From the NCBI GenBank assembly GCA_019057815.1, contig JAHLWR010000003.1:69248-133247 (forward strand): 64,000 nt of DNA, read 5' to 3'. The notes below the pieces were generated by a model. It ran no database searches. It was given only the letters and a program-made list of their open reading frames with translations, and had not been told where the DNA came from. This DNA comes from Candidatus Heimdallarchaeota archaeon. Its GTDB lineage: Archaea; Asgardarchaeota; Heimdallarchaeia; Heimdallarchaeales; Heimdallarchaeaceae. Below, piece by piece: positions 19,652-28,449 of the stretch. Position 1 is the stretch's first letter, and every line of letters begins with the position of its first letter. The position numbers were made by a program, and so were the translations under genes.

Positions 19652-20655
19652 GAGGCCATTTCTGTTGTCAATTCTACTAGGTCTGTATTTTCATTTAATT
19701 CTCTCAAAATTACGTTTGATAATATAGCTATTTCATCTACAAAAGGCATCCTTCTATAGGTTCTAAAATAAATTACTCGGAAATCTTTTGCTTTTTTGAT
19801 AAAGGGAAGAGGGTTCTTACCTGCTGTTCTTTCTAAATCGCTGATAAGATAAATTATACGTTCAGGAGCTGATACCTGTTCTAACTCATCAAGTGCCAGT
19901 TCAAGAGCTTCAGAAATGTTAGTTTTTCCTCTACTTTCTAAATCAAGGATTTTTCTAACTATCTCATTAGGATGAGTTGCTTCAGCCATTTTCTTGAGTA
20001 ATTGAGCTTCTGAATCAAACCCTATGATTGCCAAATTGTCTCTTTTAACTGTCAAAGAGAGTACTGAAGCAGTTAAAACTATTTGATGTATATGTTGTAA
20101 AACACTAAGACTTTTGTCTATACATATAACAATGCTACGTTTTCTTTTTTCAGGTTCTCGAACAACTATATTATCATAAGTGGGCAGAATGTTACCACTA
20201 CTTAACAACCGTTGCATAGTCATTTCGAGATCCCATTGATCTCCAGGTTCATAATTCTTAAAACGAGCTACAGATGAAGCTATTCCTTTAAGGTAGATGA
20301 GCTTAGCTTTTTCCGTTATAAATGGTATAAGTTTATCAAGAATTTCCTTGCGAATTTTAAAACTCAAATGTTTTTTTGTGAGAGAATAAAGTTGTATCAG
20401 ATCCTCTTCAGATATTTTTTCAAGGATTACATTATCAATATCCATTTCATTTAATGTCTTAGCGACAAAATTGGGATAATTAGTTGCAATTAATCTCAAC
20501 CCTTCCAAATTTCTAGTTTCTGCTGCTTTTTGAGTCAGTTCAGCTATACGTGCCATATCTTCTTTGTAATGCCCTAGTTCTAATGAGATATCATTAACTA
20601 ACATACGAGCTTCTATATTTGAAGGAAAGTGTAACAACGGTTCATTCTCTATCAT
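19648..20655 (-). CDS. von Willebrand factor A (VWA) domain protein, partner of the MoxR ATPase.
   Basis: MIDAS motif ICIDKSLSV (DxSxS) and downstream IIGFDSEA. 335 aa, immediately downstream of MoxR on the same strand. Confidence 0.65.
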   Translation of the reverse strand: MIENEPLLHFPSNIEARMLVNDISLELGHYKEDMARIAELTQKAAETRNLEGLRLIATNYPNFVAKTLNEMDIDNVILEKISEEDLIQLYSLTKKHLSFKIRKEILDKLIPFITEKAKLIYLKGIASSVARFKNYEPGDQWDLEMTMQRLLSSGNILPTYDNIVVREPEKRKRSIVICIDKSLSVLQHIHQIVLTASVLSLTVKRDNLAIIGFDSEAQLLKKMAEATHPNEIVRKILDLESRGKTNISEALELALDELEQVSAPERIIYLISDLERTAGKNPLPFIKKAKDFRVIYFRTYRRMPFVDEIAILSNVILRELNENTDLVELTTEMAS

Positions 20656-20675
20656 TTGGTTGATAGAGTCACCTT

Positions 20676-21584
20676 TTATCCTTTTTTTCTTATTATACGC
20701 TCATCTTCATATGTAGAAAGAATTTTAGAAACAATTTCTTCGAGAACTGTTTGTTCAGATTTTTGACTCGTTGTAGTACATCTGACTTTACGTGAGTGTA
20801 CAGCAATAACATGCGAAATCAATATATTTTCATCTATATCTTGATTTTGAGGATGTAATTCAACTAATTGAATAGCTCCTCTTACAGTAGAAGAGATATC
20901 AAGTTCAGGGTGGTTAATTGTGGTTTGAACTATATCGCACGAGATTTGAATAAGAAGATCATCACTTGAACTAGTTCGAAGTTTAACAATTTCTATCATC
21001 TCTTCTCTAGATTGGTGATTTACGTTTATCCATATGCAACGATCATAAAACGCTCTAGGGAGAGGATTCGTGGCTACTGTGTCCTTTGGATTAAAAGTGA
21101 ATATGGGTATGAAACCTACTTCAGCTTTGATTGTACCCAGTCTGGGAATTGTGATTAATCTTTCATCCAAAGCTGATAATGCAGCGTTTATGGTCTCAGA
21201 AGGAGCTCGATTGGTTTCATTGAAGAAGAAAATACCCCCTTTTTCCATTGCTTCAGTTAAAGGACCAGGAATAAAACTTTCTTTAGAAAAACCTTTCTCG
21301 AGAACTAATGGTGGATCATACCAGCCTTTTAATTTTATGGCTGTAAGATTATCATCTCCATCAACACGAATGAAAGGACGTTCTAAACAATCAGAGACAG
21401 CTTTTGCCATTTCAGTTTTACCAGTTCCTATGGGACCTTCAATAATTATTGGGAGATTTTTCTCAATAGCTCTAAACATTAAACGAAGCTCTTCGCGACG
21501 ACCAATTATAAGAGTAAAAACTTTTTCCAATGAGTCGTCTAAAGACATACTAGAATTGGTCATTACTAGAGGAACATAGAACAA
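20676..21584 (-). CDS. MoxR-family AAA+ ATPase.
   Basis: Walker A GPIGTGKT and Walker B/sensor FFFNETNRAPSETINAALSALDER. 302 aa. Confidence 0.75.
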   Translation of the reverse strand: MFYVPLVMTNSSMSLDDSLEKVFTLIIGRREELRLMFRAIEKNLPIIIEGPIGTGKTEMAKAVSDCLERPFIRVDGDDNLTAIKLKGWYDPPLVLEKGFSKESFIPGPLTEAMEKGGIFFFNETNRAPSETINAALSALDERLITIPRLGTIKAEVGFIPIFTFNPKDTVATNPLPRAFYDRCIWINVNHQSREEMIEIVKLRTSSSDDLLIQISCDIVQTTINHPELDISSTVRGAIQLVELHPQNQDIDENILISHVIAVHSRKVRCTTTSQKSEQTVLEEIVSKILSTYEDERIIRKKG

Positions 21585-21675
21585 AAATAAAACTCTTGTC
21601 GTTTAAGCTGAAAAAGAAAGAAGAAAGAAAAAGAAAGGAAGGTTAGTAATTTTTAGCGGATTTTTCAGGATTGAC
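21583..21675. repeat. Repeat R1 (copy 1 of 3). It contains a 33-bp core, a purine-rich tract, and a copy of the last 33 nt (stop included) of the MFS gene at 24302.
   Basis: aaaaataaaactcttgtcgtttaagctgaaaaa at 21583 recurs at 23024. ttagtaatttttagcggatttttcaggattgac at 21643-21675 differs at 2 positions from the 24302-24334 copy. Confidence 0.8.
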
Positions 21676-21882
21676 AGATAGAGAGAATAATAAGAAGTGA
21701 GACGATAATAAACATAACAATATCAACAGTAGATGAAAAAGAGGAGTTAATAGAAAGGGTAAAGCTAGCAGAAGAATATCAAGAGGAAGGAGGAAAAGTG
21801 GCTTTGAGGGTAGTAACATTTGCGTTCAAAGAAAGAGAAGAAATAATCAAACTAAGCCATAAAAACTAGATTCTTCATATAA

Positions 21883-22761
21883 CTATTTCATTTTTTTACC
21901 ACAATTCGAACAGAATTTAACTGAATCTCTATGTTTAGAACCACAGTTTATACAAAATTTAGAATTAGTATCCTCCTTAAAAGTGTCTTGGTGAGGATGG
22001 AGTGTTTGAGAAAAAGAATTTTGTTTTCCTGTTTTTATTTCATTAAAATCGTTAGATGTTCGATAGATACCAAGTAAGAATAAACCATAGTATATAAAAC
22101 TAGTAACATATGTGAGTATATAATAAGTAAACTGAGAAGTATTAAAGCTCCAGTTACTAAATATTGTGTTACTAAGACTATTTTGGAGGATATTAATGAA
22201 AAGAATATAGATTTGAGAATAGAGGAGAAACCTATCAGCTCGGTTGTCGATAATTTGCTTTTCTTCCATCTCCGCAAATAAATCCTTCATGAACCAAAAA
22301 GCAAATATAAAAGGCACAGGAGTAATACAGATTAAAATGTCATAAACAAGACCCATTCTAAGGATGCTAAAAAGCATTGTTATGAACTCAAAAGTAGCAG
22401 CAAAAATCAAGGAAATAGTTATCTTATTTGATTTAAACTCTAGCTCTGGGAATGCTTCTTCAAGTTTGTTAAAATCAGAAGCTAATAAATAGAAAAGAAT
22501 GAACAGTGTAGCATTGATGAAATATACAGCGTAGAATATATAGAAATAAATGTTGTTAATTGAAGTAAATTCAGGAGAAGTAGGTTGAACAAAAGATTTA
22601 GTGCTAACAATCTGATAAAGACGAATGATAAACTGAATGAGAGTTCTGGAAAAGGTTATAATAAGTATGATCCCAATTGTGTTAAGATGTCTTTTGAAGT
22701 TTCTTTTAGCTATTGACAAGAGATCAAGAGGTACATGTGTAGGGTGATACATACTAATCAA
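21883..22761 (-). CDS. Polytopic membrane protein with a C-terminal double-CxxC zinc ribbon. It lies inside the cassette bounded by repeats R1 and R2.
   Basis: 292 aa with multiple hydrophobic helices. C-terminus CINCGSKHRDSVKFCSNCGKKMK. Confidence 0.4.
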   Translation of the reverse strand: MISMYHPTHVPLDLLSIAKRNFKRHLNTIGIILIITFSRTLIQFIIRLYQIVSTKSFVQPTSPEFTSINNIYFYIFYAVYFINATLFILFYLLASDFNKLEEAFPELEFKSNKITISLIFAATFEFITMLFSILRMGLVYDILICITPVPFIFAFWFMKDLFAEMEEKQIIDNRADRFLLYSQIYILFINILQNSLSNTIFSNWSFNTSQFTYYILTYVTSFIYYGLFLLGIYRTSNDFNEIKTGKQNSFSQTLHPHQDTFKEDTNSKFCINCGSKHRDSVKFCSNCGKKMK

Positions 22762-22924
22762 CTTACAATTAGAAAAAGTGAACTATTTAAGCTTATTTAA
22801 CGATTTTTTGAGTTTTCTTAATGTGCAATAGGTAGTTAACAGTAATACTCATCAAAGTATCCTTCCACTTCAATATTAATAAATTCTTACTGATTCGAAA
22901 TTTTCTTTGAACAACAACTTTGTT

Positions 22925-23023
22925 GTCTTTTTATGTCCCTTTTACTATATTGAAGTATGAAAAAGCAACAGCTGAAACAGTGGATATTACTATGAATATC
23001 ATCCCAAAGGATTCTAACATAAG
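22925..23023 (-). pseudogene. About 100-bp internal fragment of an MFS transporter gene, paralogous to the mid-region (about 24.72-24.82 kb) of the gene at 24302..25120, joined directly to the R2 repeat.
   Basis: 22953-23030 matches 24748-24810 with about 6 mismatches. The antisense ORFs 22920..23132 and 24594..24851 share KYEKATAETVDITMNIIPK only because of this duplication. Confidence 0.7.
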
Positions 23024-23083
23024 AAAAATAAAACTCTTGTCGTTTAAGCTGAAAAAAGATAACAAGAAAGAAAAAAGAGAGAG
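23024..23083. repeat. Repeat R2: the same 33-bp core plus purine-rich tract, exactly 1441 bp downstream of R1.
   Basis: Identical 33-mer aaaaataaaactcttgtcgtttaagctgaaaaa, followed by agataacaagaaagaaaaaagagagag. Confidence 0.8.
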
Positions 23084-23475
23084 TATACTACATACAATCT
23101 TAATTATTACCTGTTTATTGAGAAACTATTAAAAGAAATAGAAACTAGAGAATAACATCGAAGTAATTATCTTACTTCTCCTGGAGGGATTGGTTTATTA
23201 TGGCTACCTACTCTTTGTAAATATTTTCCAGAGTTTGTACAATGATGGTGTTTACTAAATCTAGGAACAAGAACACAAAGTATACCTAAATAAGTTGATG
23301 TAATTATTGTGTGAAATTCAGGTGTAAATGGAAGTAAAATTCTGTCTCTAGCAAGATTAACAATTTGATTTTAAATTTTATCTCTTTGCTTATAATCCAA
23401 AGGATATACTTCTTTGTTGTGGTCCATACTTGAGTATCGAGTGTTTTTTATACAAACTGAAGTCTACTTTGTATT

Positions 23476-24216
23476 ATGGATGAAGAGATTACCCAAGTAT
23501 CTAAGTTTCTTTTAGAATTCAATACATATTTGAATATATCATCAATCATATCAATAATGGAATTTGAAGGTATTAAACTTGAAATTGAAAAAATTGAGAC
23601 TTATCCAACTACTTTAACTGTACAGAATGAAGAACTCCAACGAGCTTTCGATACCTATAATAAAACTTTGACCATAGAAGGCTATATAAAATATAAGAAT
23701 AGGTTTGAATTGATTCATCTAAATACATTATTAGAAGCATATCTCTTTAATTGTTGCAAATATCATATAGAACAGCATAAAGATATTCTAGATTGTACTA
23801 AAATATTATTTAAAGATCTTAGAACAAAAGATACTGAAACAATAATTGATGAAAAAATTGAGAAATATCTTAATGATGCAATAATGTATGGAGATTACAC
23901 AGATATCTTTGAAAAGATAAAAAGAAAACTGAAATTGAATCAAATTGAAAGAATTCTTTCTGATGAGGTGGTTAGAGAATTAAATGAATTGAGTGCCAAA
24001 CGAAATTTAGTTTTGCACAGAAATGGAAGAATCGATAGAAAATATATACAAAAGATACACGATGATAATTCAGAAATTGGAGATAAACTACAAGTAGACA
24101 GCGAGTATATAAAACATATCAGATTAATAGTTATGACTTTTGCTATTGATTTTGACAATATTATTTGTGAATTGTACCCTAATCTAAAAACAAGTTTAAC
24201 ATATTATTATACTTGA
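23476..24216 (+). CDS. Hypothetical all-alpha protein with a candidate HEPN-type Rx4H motif, possibly an Abi-like RNase. It lies in the cassette bounded by R2 and R3.
   Basis: 246 aa, K/E/L-rich. ...LSAKRNLVLHRNGRIDRKY gives R-x4-H near the C-terminal third, as in HEPN families. No other recognisable domain. Confidence 0.3.
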   Translation: MDEEITQVSKFLLEFNTYLNISSIISIMEFEGIKLEIEKIETYPTTLTVQNEELQRAFDTYNKTLTIEGYIKYKNRFELIHLNTLLEAYLFNCCKYHIEQHKDILDCTKILFKDLRTKDTETIIDEKIEKYLNDAIMYGDYTDIFEKIKRKLKLNQIERILSDEVVRELNELSAKRNLVLHRNGRIDRKYIQKIHDDNSEIGDKLQVDSEYIKHIRLIVMTFAIDFDNIICELYPNLKTSLTYYYT

Positions 24217-24257
24217 TGAATTTCAATAAGCTTTTCTATTAAGCCTAGAAAAGATAC

Positions 24258-24334
24258 AATAAAACTCTTAGAATCTAAAAGAAAAGAAAAAGAAAGGAGT
24301 TTTAGTAATTTTTAGCAGATTTTTCAGGCTTGAC
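24258..24334. repeat. Repeat R3: a degenerate core (aataaaactctta...) plus purine-rich tract plus the authentic 3' end of the MFS gene.
   Basis: caataaaactcttagaatctaaaagaaaagaaaaagaaaggag followed by ttagtaatttttagcagatttttcaggcttgac. Confidence 0.7.
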
Positions 24335-25120
24335 CATAATTATTACCCCGAGTCCTATGACCATCATTATTCCGATAATCAACATAGCCCAACCATATGT
24401 TTTGTAGTTCCATTTATCATAAAAGACAATGAAAGCAAGACTCCATATTATTGGGCCTACAGCTGCAGAAACTTTACCGGATAACTTGGAAAAACCAAAA
24501 TATTCGCCAAATTTTTCCTTAGGAGCTAATGCAGCAACCATAGCTCTCTGAGCAACCCATGTACCACCTAAAGCAGGTCCAGCGAGTACACCCATGAGAA
24601 TTATCATGATAAAAGGGAAATTGAAACCAGTGTCTATAGGAGCCCAAATGAAAATACCTAAGATTCCAAGAGCTAGTGCTACAAACCAAAGGATTCCAAC
24701 TAAAATGAAAGCATTCTTAGCTCCTTTTTTATCAGCAAAGACACCGATGAAATATGAAAAAGCAACAGCTGAAACGGTGGATATTACTATGAATATCATA
24801 CCAAAGGTTTCAGACATAAGAAAACCGTCGCGAATTAAAGGGAACATATAAATCACTATCACATTCGCAACATCAACAAAGAGGAAATATCCGATAATAA
24901 AGATAAACATCTCTCTATGACGAGTAATCTCTTTAAAAGTACGTCCAAGACTCTTGAAAGTATCCTTTATTAGAACACCAGCAGAAGGTCTGTCTCCTTT
25001 TTTCTGTCTTTCTTTGACAAAGATGAATTCTACCCAAAATGTTGACTTTGTAACAATGGATTTGGAAAATTTCATCAAGTTCAATTCGACTTTTAATGAA
25101 TCTTCATCGGAGGAATTCAA
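24302..25120 (-). CDS. MFS-type transporter, C-terminal six-helix half only. It is 5'-truncated, so it may be a remnant or a half-transporter.
   Basis: 272 aa. It begins in what looks like the central cytoplasmic loop (VLIKDTFKSLGRTFKEITRHREMF) followed by about six TM helices. There is no room upstream for the N-terminal half, since the HDAC gene starts at 26463 and the + strand ORF 24954..25373 overlaps. Confidence 0.5.
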   Translation of the reverse strand: MNSSDEDSLKVELNLMKFSKSIVTKSTFWVEFIFVKERQKKGDRPSAGVLIKDTFKSLGRTFKEITRHREMFIFIIGYFLFVDVANVIVIYMFPLIRDGFLMSETFGMIFIVISTVSAVAFSYFIGVFADKKGAKNAFILVGILWFVALALGILGIFIWAPIDTGFNFPFIMIILMGVLAGPALGGTWVAQRAMVAALAPKEKFGEYFGFSKLSGKVSAAVGPIIWSLAFIVFYDKWNYKTYGWAMLIIGIMMVIGLGVIIMVKPEKSAKNY

Positions 25121-25373
25121 TTATATTAGCAATTTTTCTGAATTGAATACAACATCGATTTCATTTGATTTATTATTTGAAGAAGAAACTAGACTCTTTT
25201 TCATTATCGAAAATGCTGAATTAATCTTAGGTGGAATAAATGGTACCGATAATTGTGATATATCTCTTGTTTTGACATCTGAAGAGGAAAGTGATTATGT
25301 TTTTGGCATAATTATTGGTGTTATAATTCTCTTATTCATAGGTTTAGCCGTCTATTTAAGGAAGAGAAAATAA
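25056..25373 (+). CDS. Small putative type-I membrane glycoprotein (NxS/T-rich ectodomain, one C-terminal TM helix, KRK tail). Its start is uncertain and it overlaps the 5' end of the truncated MFS gene antisense.
   Basis: C-terminal FGIIIGVIILLFIGLAVYLRKRK. Several N-x-S/T sequons. Starts at 24954, 25023 or 25056 are all possible. Confidence 0.25.
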   Translation: MDLENFIKFNSTFNESSSEEFNYISNFSELNTTSISFDLLFEEETRLFFIIENAELILGGINGTDNCDISLVLTSEEESDYVFGIIIGVIILLFIGLAVYLRKRK

Positions 25374-25410
25374 ATTTTTTTCAACATTCTTTTTTGATTT
25401 TTTCAAGATT

Positions 25411-26463
25411 TTAAAGAATCCAATAATCTTTTTGAGCTTTTTTTACTAAATTAATCATATCTATAGTGTGTTCAGTTATATTTTCTATTTTTACATCGTC
25501 ACACAAAGAAGATTTTTCACCTAAAATCCCTTTTAGGTATTTCTCGCTGACCGTTGCTAGCTTTTTCAAATAGTAACCTCCTTCTAGAACGTTTACTATT
25601 TTTCCACCAGTTAATTTTTTTGCTGTTTCTTGAATCATGTAACCTGCAGCTTGGAATGCTTCTGCTGTGATGTTTAAAATCCCTGCAGGGTCACCCTTCA
25701 ATGCATCAAATCCAATTGAAACAAGAACAATTTCGGGCTTATATTGTTCCACTATTTGTAAAGCTGTTTTCAAAGCGTAAAGCCAATCAACATTTTCAGT
25801 ATTTGGTAGAAGAGGTATATTTACTGTGAATCCTTTTCCTTCTTTTATTCCCACTTCTGAAGGGTATCCTGATCCTGGATATGAGTATTTAGGATGAGCA
25901 TGTAATGACAAATAAAGAACATCCTTTCTGTGATAGAATATGTGAGCAGTACCATTACCAAAATGATGATCAATATCTAATATAGCTATTTTCTTGATAT
26001 TTCTTTCACTAATTAGCCATTCAGCAGCAATAGCGATGTTATTAAAAAAGCAGAAACCTCCACAAGAATTTACTTCAGCGTGATGTCCCGGTGGTCGAAC
26101 TAATGCAAAACTTGTTTTTGATATACCATCAACTACCACTCTAGTTGCTTTTATTGTTCCTCCAACAGCTAACTTAGCTGTAGTGAACGAATGCTCATTC
26201 ATGGAAGTATCAAGAGATACCATACCTCCTCCTAGTTCTGAAACTCTTTTAATACGATAAACAAGATCCGGAACATGAACTCTGAGTATCTCATCCTCTT
26301 CAACTAATTCAGGGTCATCGATTTTAATTGTTAGTGAACTTTCAGATTTCAGTTTCTCTACTCCCTCAAGTATAGGATTTAGCCTTTCTGGACACTCTGG
26401 GTGTAAAGTATCCATTTTATGATCCTTGTAACGTTCTGAGTAAATGACTATAAGATCATACAT
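25411..26463 (-). CDS. Histone-deacetylase / acetoin-utilisation (AcuC) family deacetylase.
   Basis: VRPPGHHAEVNSCGGFCFFNN and ILDIDHHFGNGT are class I/II HDAC active-site signatures. 350 aa. Confidence 0.75.
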   Translation of the reverse strand: MYDLIVIYSERYKDHKMDTLHPECPERLNPILEGVEKLKSESSLTIKIDDPELVEEDEILRVHVPDLVYRIKRVSELGGGMVSLDTSMNEHSFTTAKLAVGGTIKATRVVVDGISKTSFALVRPPGHHAEVNSCGGFCFFNNIAIAAEWLISERNIKKIAILDIDHHFGNGTAHIFYHRKDVLYLSLHAHPKYSYPGSGYPSEVGIKEGKGFTVNIPLLPNTENVDWLYALKTALQIVEQYKPEIVLVSIGFDALKGDPAGILNITAEAFQAAGYMIQETAKKLTGGKIVNVLEGGYYLKKLATVSEKYLKGILGEKSSLCDDVKIENITEHTIDMINLVKKAQKDYWIL

Positions 26464-26616
26464 TTAGTTTAACTAGGTCATAGAACAATTAATCTTTTCG
26501 TATTAATCTATCAGCAGAACATTTTGTTTGTTAATTGAGAATAAAAATAGAAACTACAAACTTATATATGGTTTTTTTGAAATCAGAATTATTGTAATAT
26601 CGATGGAGTTAGAAAA

Positions 26617-27153
26617 ATGAGTTTCTTGGTTGATGTTGGACTAGCGCTACTCTTTGCTGGACCTATCTTCTTTTCCAATGCAATTCCTTCAGTGCTTGGA
26701 GGAGGTTATCCTATAGACTCTTATAAGAATTTCTTCGATGGAAAGAGAATTCTTGGCGATCACAAAACACTGCAAGGATTAATTAATGGAATACTTTTTG
26801 GTTTTTTCACAGGTGTGATTATCTGGTATACCGTTGGTGAAACTATGAATGCAAGGTATGAACATCTTGGTTTCCAATACCCATTCTGGATTGGCATATT
26901 GTTTGGTTGGGGGGCTAACTTTGGTGATTTGTTAGGGTCATTCATAAAACGAAGAATAAATATAAAATCTGGTGGTAAATTTCCTGTTTTTGATCAACTT
27001 GGTTACATGGTTTTTGGTATTCTCTGGGCATGGCCTGTGTATAGAGCTATTCCATGGCAATTCTGGGTTTCTTTGTTGATTTTTGCTCCCTTACTTCATA
27101 TATTATCTAATCTTTTTGCTTATGCTATTAAAGCAAAAGACGTACCATGGTAA
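26617..27153 (+). CDS. carS: CDP-archaeol synthase (CarS)-like small integral membrane cytidylyltransferase.
   Basis: 178 aa, about 5 TM helices. DGKRILGDHKTLQGLING resembles the CdsA/CarS cytidylyltransferase signature. Confidence 0.45.
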   Translation: MSFLVDVGLALLFAGPIFFSNAIPSVLGGGYPIDSYKNFFDGKRILGDHKTLQGLINGILFGFFTGVIIWYTVGETMNARYEHLGFQYPFWIGILFGWGANFGDLLGSFIKRRINIKSGGKFPVFDQLGYMVFGILWAWPVYRAIPWQFWVSLLIFAPLLHILSNLFAYAIKAKDVPW

Positions 27154-27260
27154 ACTACTAGTTCATATAGAAAAAGAGCTATTTAATACACTGTCGATAA
27201 AGTCAAATTTATAAAGGAAATTACGTATAGAAAATTGTACTAACTTAAAAGTCGTTTTCA

Positions 27261-27584
27261 ATGAAAGTAGATTCAGATAGAAAGGATTGCATTCTAACTT
27301 GTCGTTCCTTTATGTGCAGCAAACGAATGTTGAAAATAAAAAGAGATGGAGAAAGTAAAAGCTTTATTTGTCGCTTGGATGGATATGAATGTTTAGGATA
27401 CAGCTGCAGTTATGCTGAGTGTAGAGACAGATTACTTAGTGACGATGGAAGATGTTTAAAACCTGTTCAGAAGGATCAGAAACATCTTAGGGTAAAGAAT
27501 CTTGCATTTGAGCAACACAATAATAAGTTTCAACAAAATCTAGATGATAGAATTCAAAAGAAAATAAGCAGAAAGTTGAAATAA
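27261..27584 (+). CDS. Cysteine-rich small protein (8 Cys in the first 65 residues, basic C-terminal tail). First gene of a co-directional trio.
   Basis: Cysteines at positions 10, 14, 19, 37, 44, 49, 54 and 65. The spacing is not a canonical CxxC ribbon. Confidence 0.3.
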   Translation: MKVDSDRKDCILTCRSFMCSKRMLKIKRDGESKSFICRLDGYECLGYSCSYAECRDRLLSDDGRCLKPVQKDQKHLRVKNLAFEQHNNKFQQNLDDRIQKKISRKLK

Positions 27585-27649
27585 GGCTATGACTAAATCT
27601 TAAATATCTATAATGTAAAAGGTCTATAAGAATAAGATGTGATGTAAAA

Positions 27650-28429
27650 ATGATTCCTAATAGTTCTGGAACAGGTCAAAAAAAGCTTTTAACTTTCGGA
27701 ATACCAAGTCTTGATGAAATTTTAGGGGGAGGAATACCTCCTGGATCAAATGTTCTAATAGAAGATGCAATAGGTGCTGAAGCGGAGCCTTTTGTTCTAC
27801 AGTTTCTTGCTGAAGGCCTTAAAGCAGGTGAATACGGTTATATTATGTCGACAGAACACCCATACGACTATTATGTCGACATATTGAATGGGATAGGTGT
27901 TAACCCTGATATGCTATCAGCAACTGGGAGATTGCAATATATTGATGCTTTTAGCAACCCTTTTGGATATGCAGATAAGAGAGATTCACACCAACACACT
28001 GTAAACGATTTAAGCCAACCAAGAGAAATTAACGAGACAATAAGAAGAGCGTTTTTACACGTCCAAAATCAAAAAATCATGAAAAGAGGTATAGTCTTAT
28101 CACTTTCATCGATAATTTACGCATCCAACGAATCGAAAAATATCTTATTTTCTTTTCTACAAAATAGATTAGCAAGCAATAAAAATGATGGGTCTGTAAC
28201 AATTTTCTTACTGCATTACGATGCTCATGAACCGTTATTGGTAAGAGCAATAGAACATAATTGTGATGCAACTATAAGAGTATTAAAAGCTAAAACAGAT
28301 AATGATCGACCTATTACAGAAGTCCGAGTTGTTAATGTAAAAGGCAAACCTGAATTAGTAGGAGAACCAGTACTTTTCGAGTTCATAAGTGGAAAAATCT
28401 TACCCTATTATGAAGGTGAAAAGTTCTAG
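27650..28429 (+). CDS. KaiC/RadA-like RecA-superfamily domain protein with a degenerate Walker A, so predicted ATPase-dead.
   Basis: FGIPSLDEILGGGIPPGSNVLIEDAIGAEAEPFVLQFLAEG: the G-PGTGKT position reads AIGAEAEP, so the P-loop lysine is absent. Confidence 0.5.
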   Translation: MIPNSSGTGQKKLLTFGIPSLDEILGGGIPPGSNVLIEDAIGAEAEPFVLQFLAEGLKAGEYGYIMSTEHPYDYYVDILNGIGVNPDMLSATGRLQYIDAFSNPFGYADKRDSHQHTVNDLSQPREINETIRRAFLHVQNQKIMKRGIVLSLSSIIYASNESKNILFSFLQNRLASNKNDGSVTIFLLHYDAHEPLLVRAIEHNCDATIRVLKAKTDNDRPITEVRVVNVKGKPELVGEPVLFEFISGKILPYYEGEKF

Positions 28430-28449
28430 ATAACTCTTCATCCTTTTTT

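Noticed and set aside
21070-21579. 169-aa + strand ORF
   Set aside because: Lies entirely antisense within the well-supported MoxR ATPase gene, and the protein has no recognisable features.
22920-23132. 70-aa ORF sharing the peptide KYEKATAETVDITMNIIPK with ORF 24594..24851
   Set aside because: Both are antisense reading frames across two copies of the same MFS gene segment. The shared peptide is a by-product of the DNA duplication, not evidence for a real gene.
23161-23400. Possible additional gene remnant in the R2-HEPN spacer (minus-frame peptide …LPFTPEFHTIITSTYLGILCVLVPRF…)
   Set aside because: Similarity to the MFS or zinc-ribbon membrane proteins is not convincing, and the ORF is short and unsupported.
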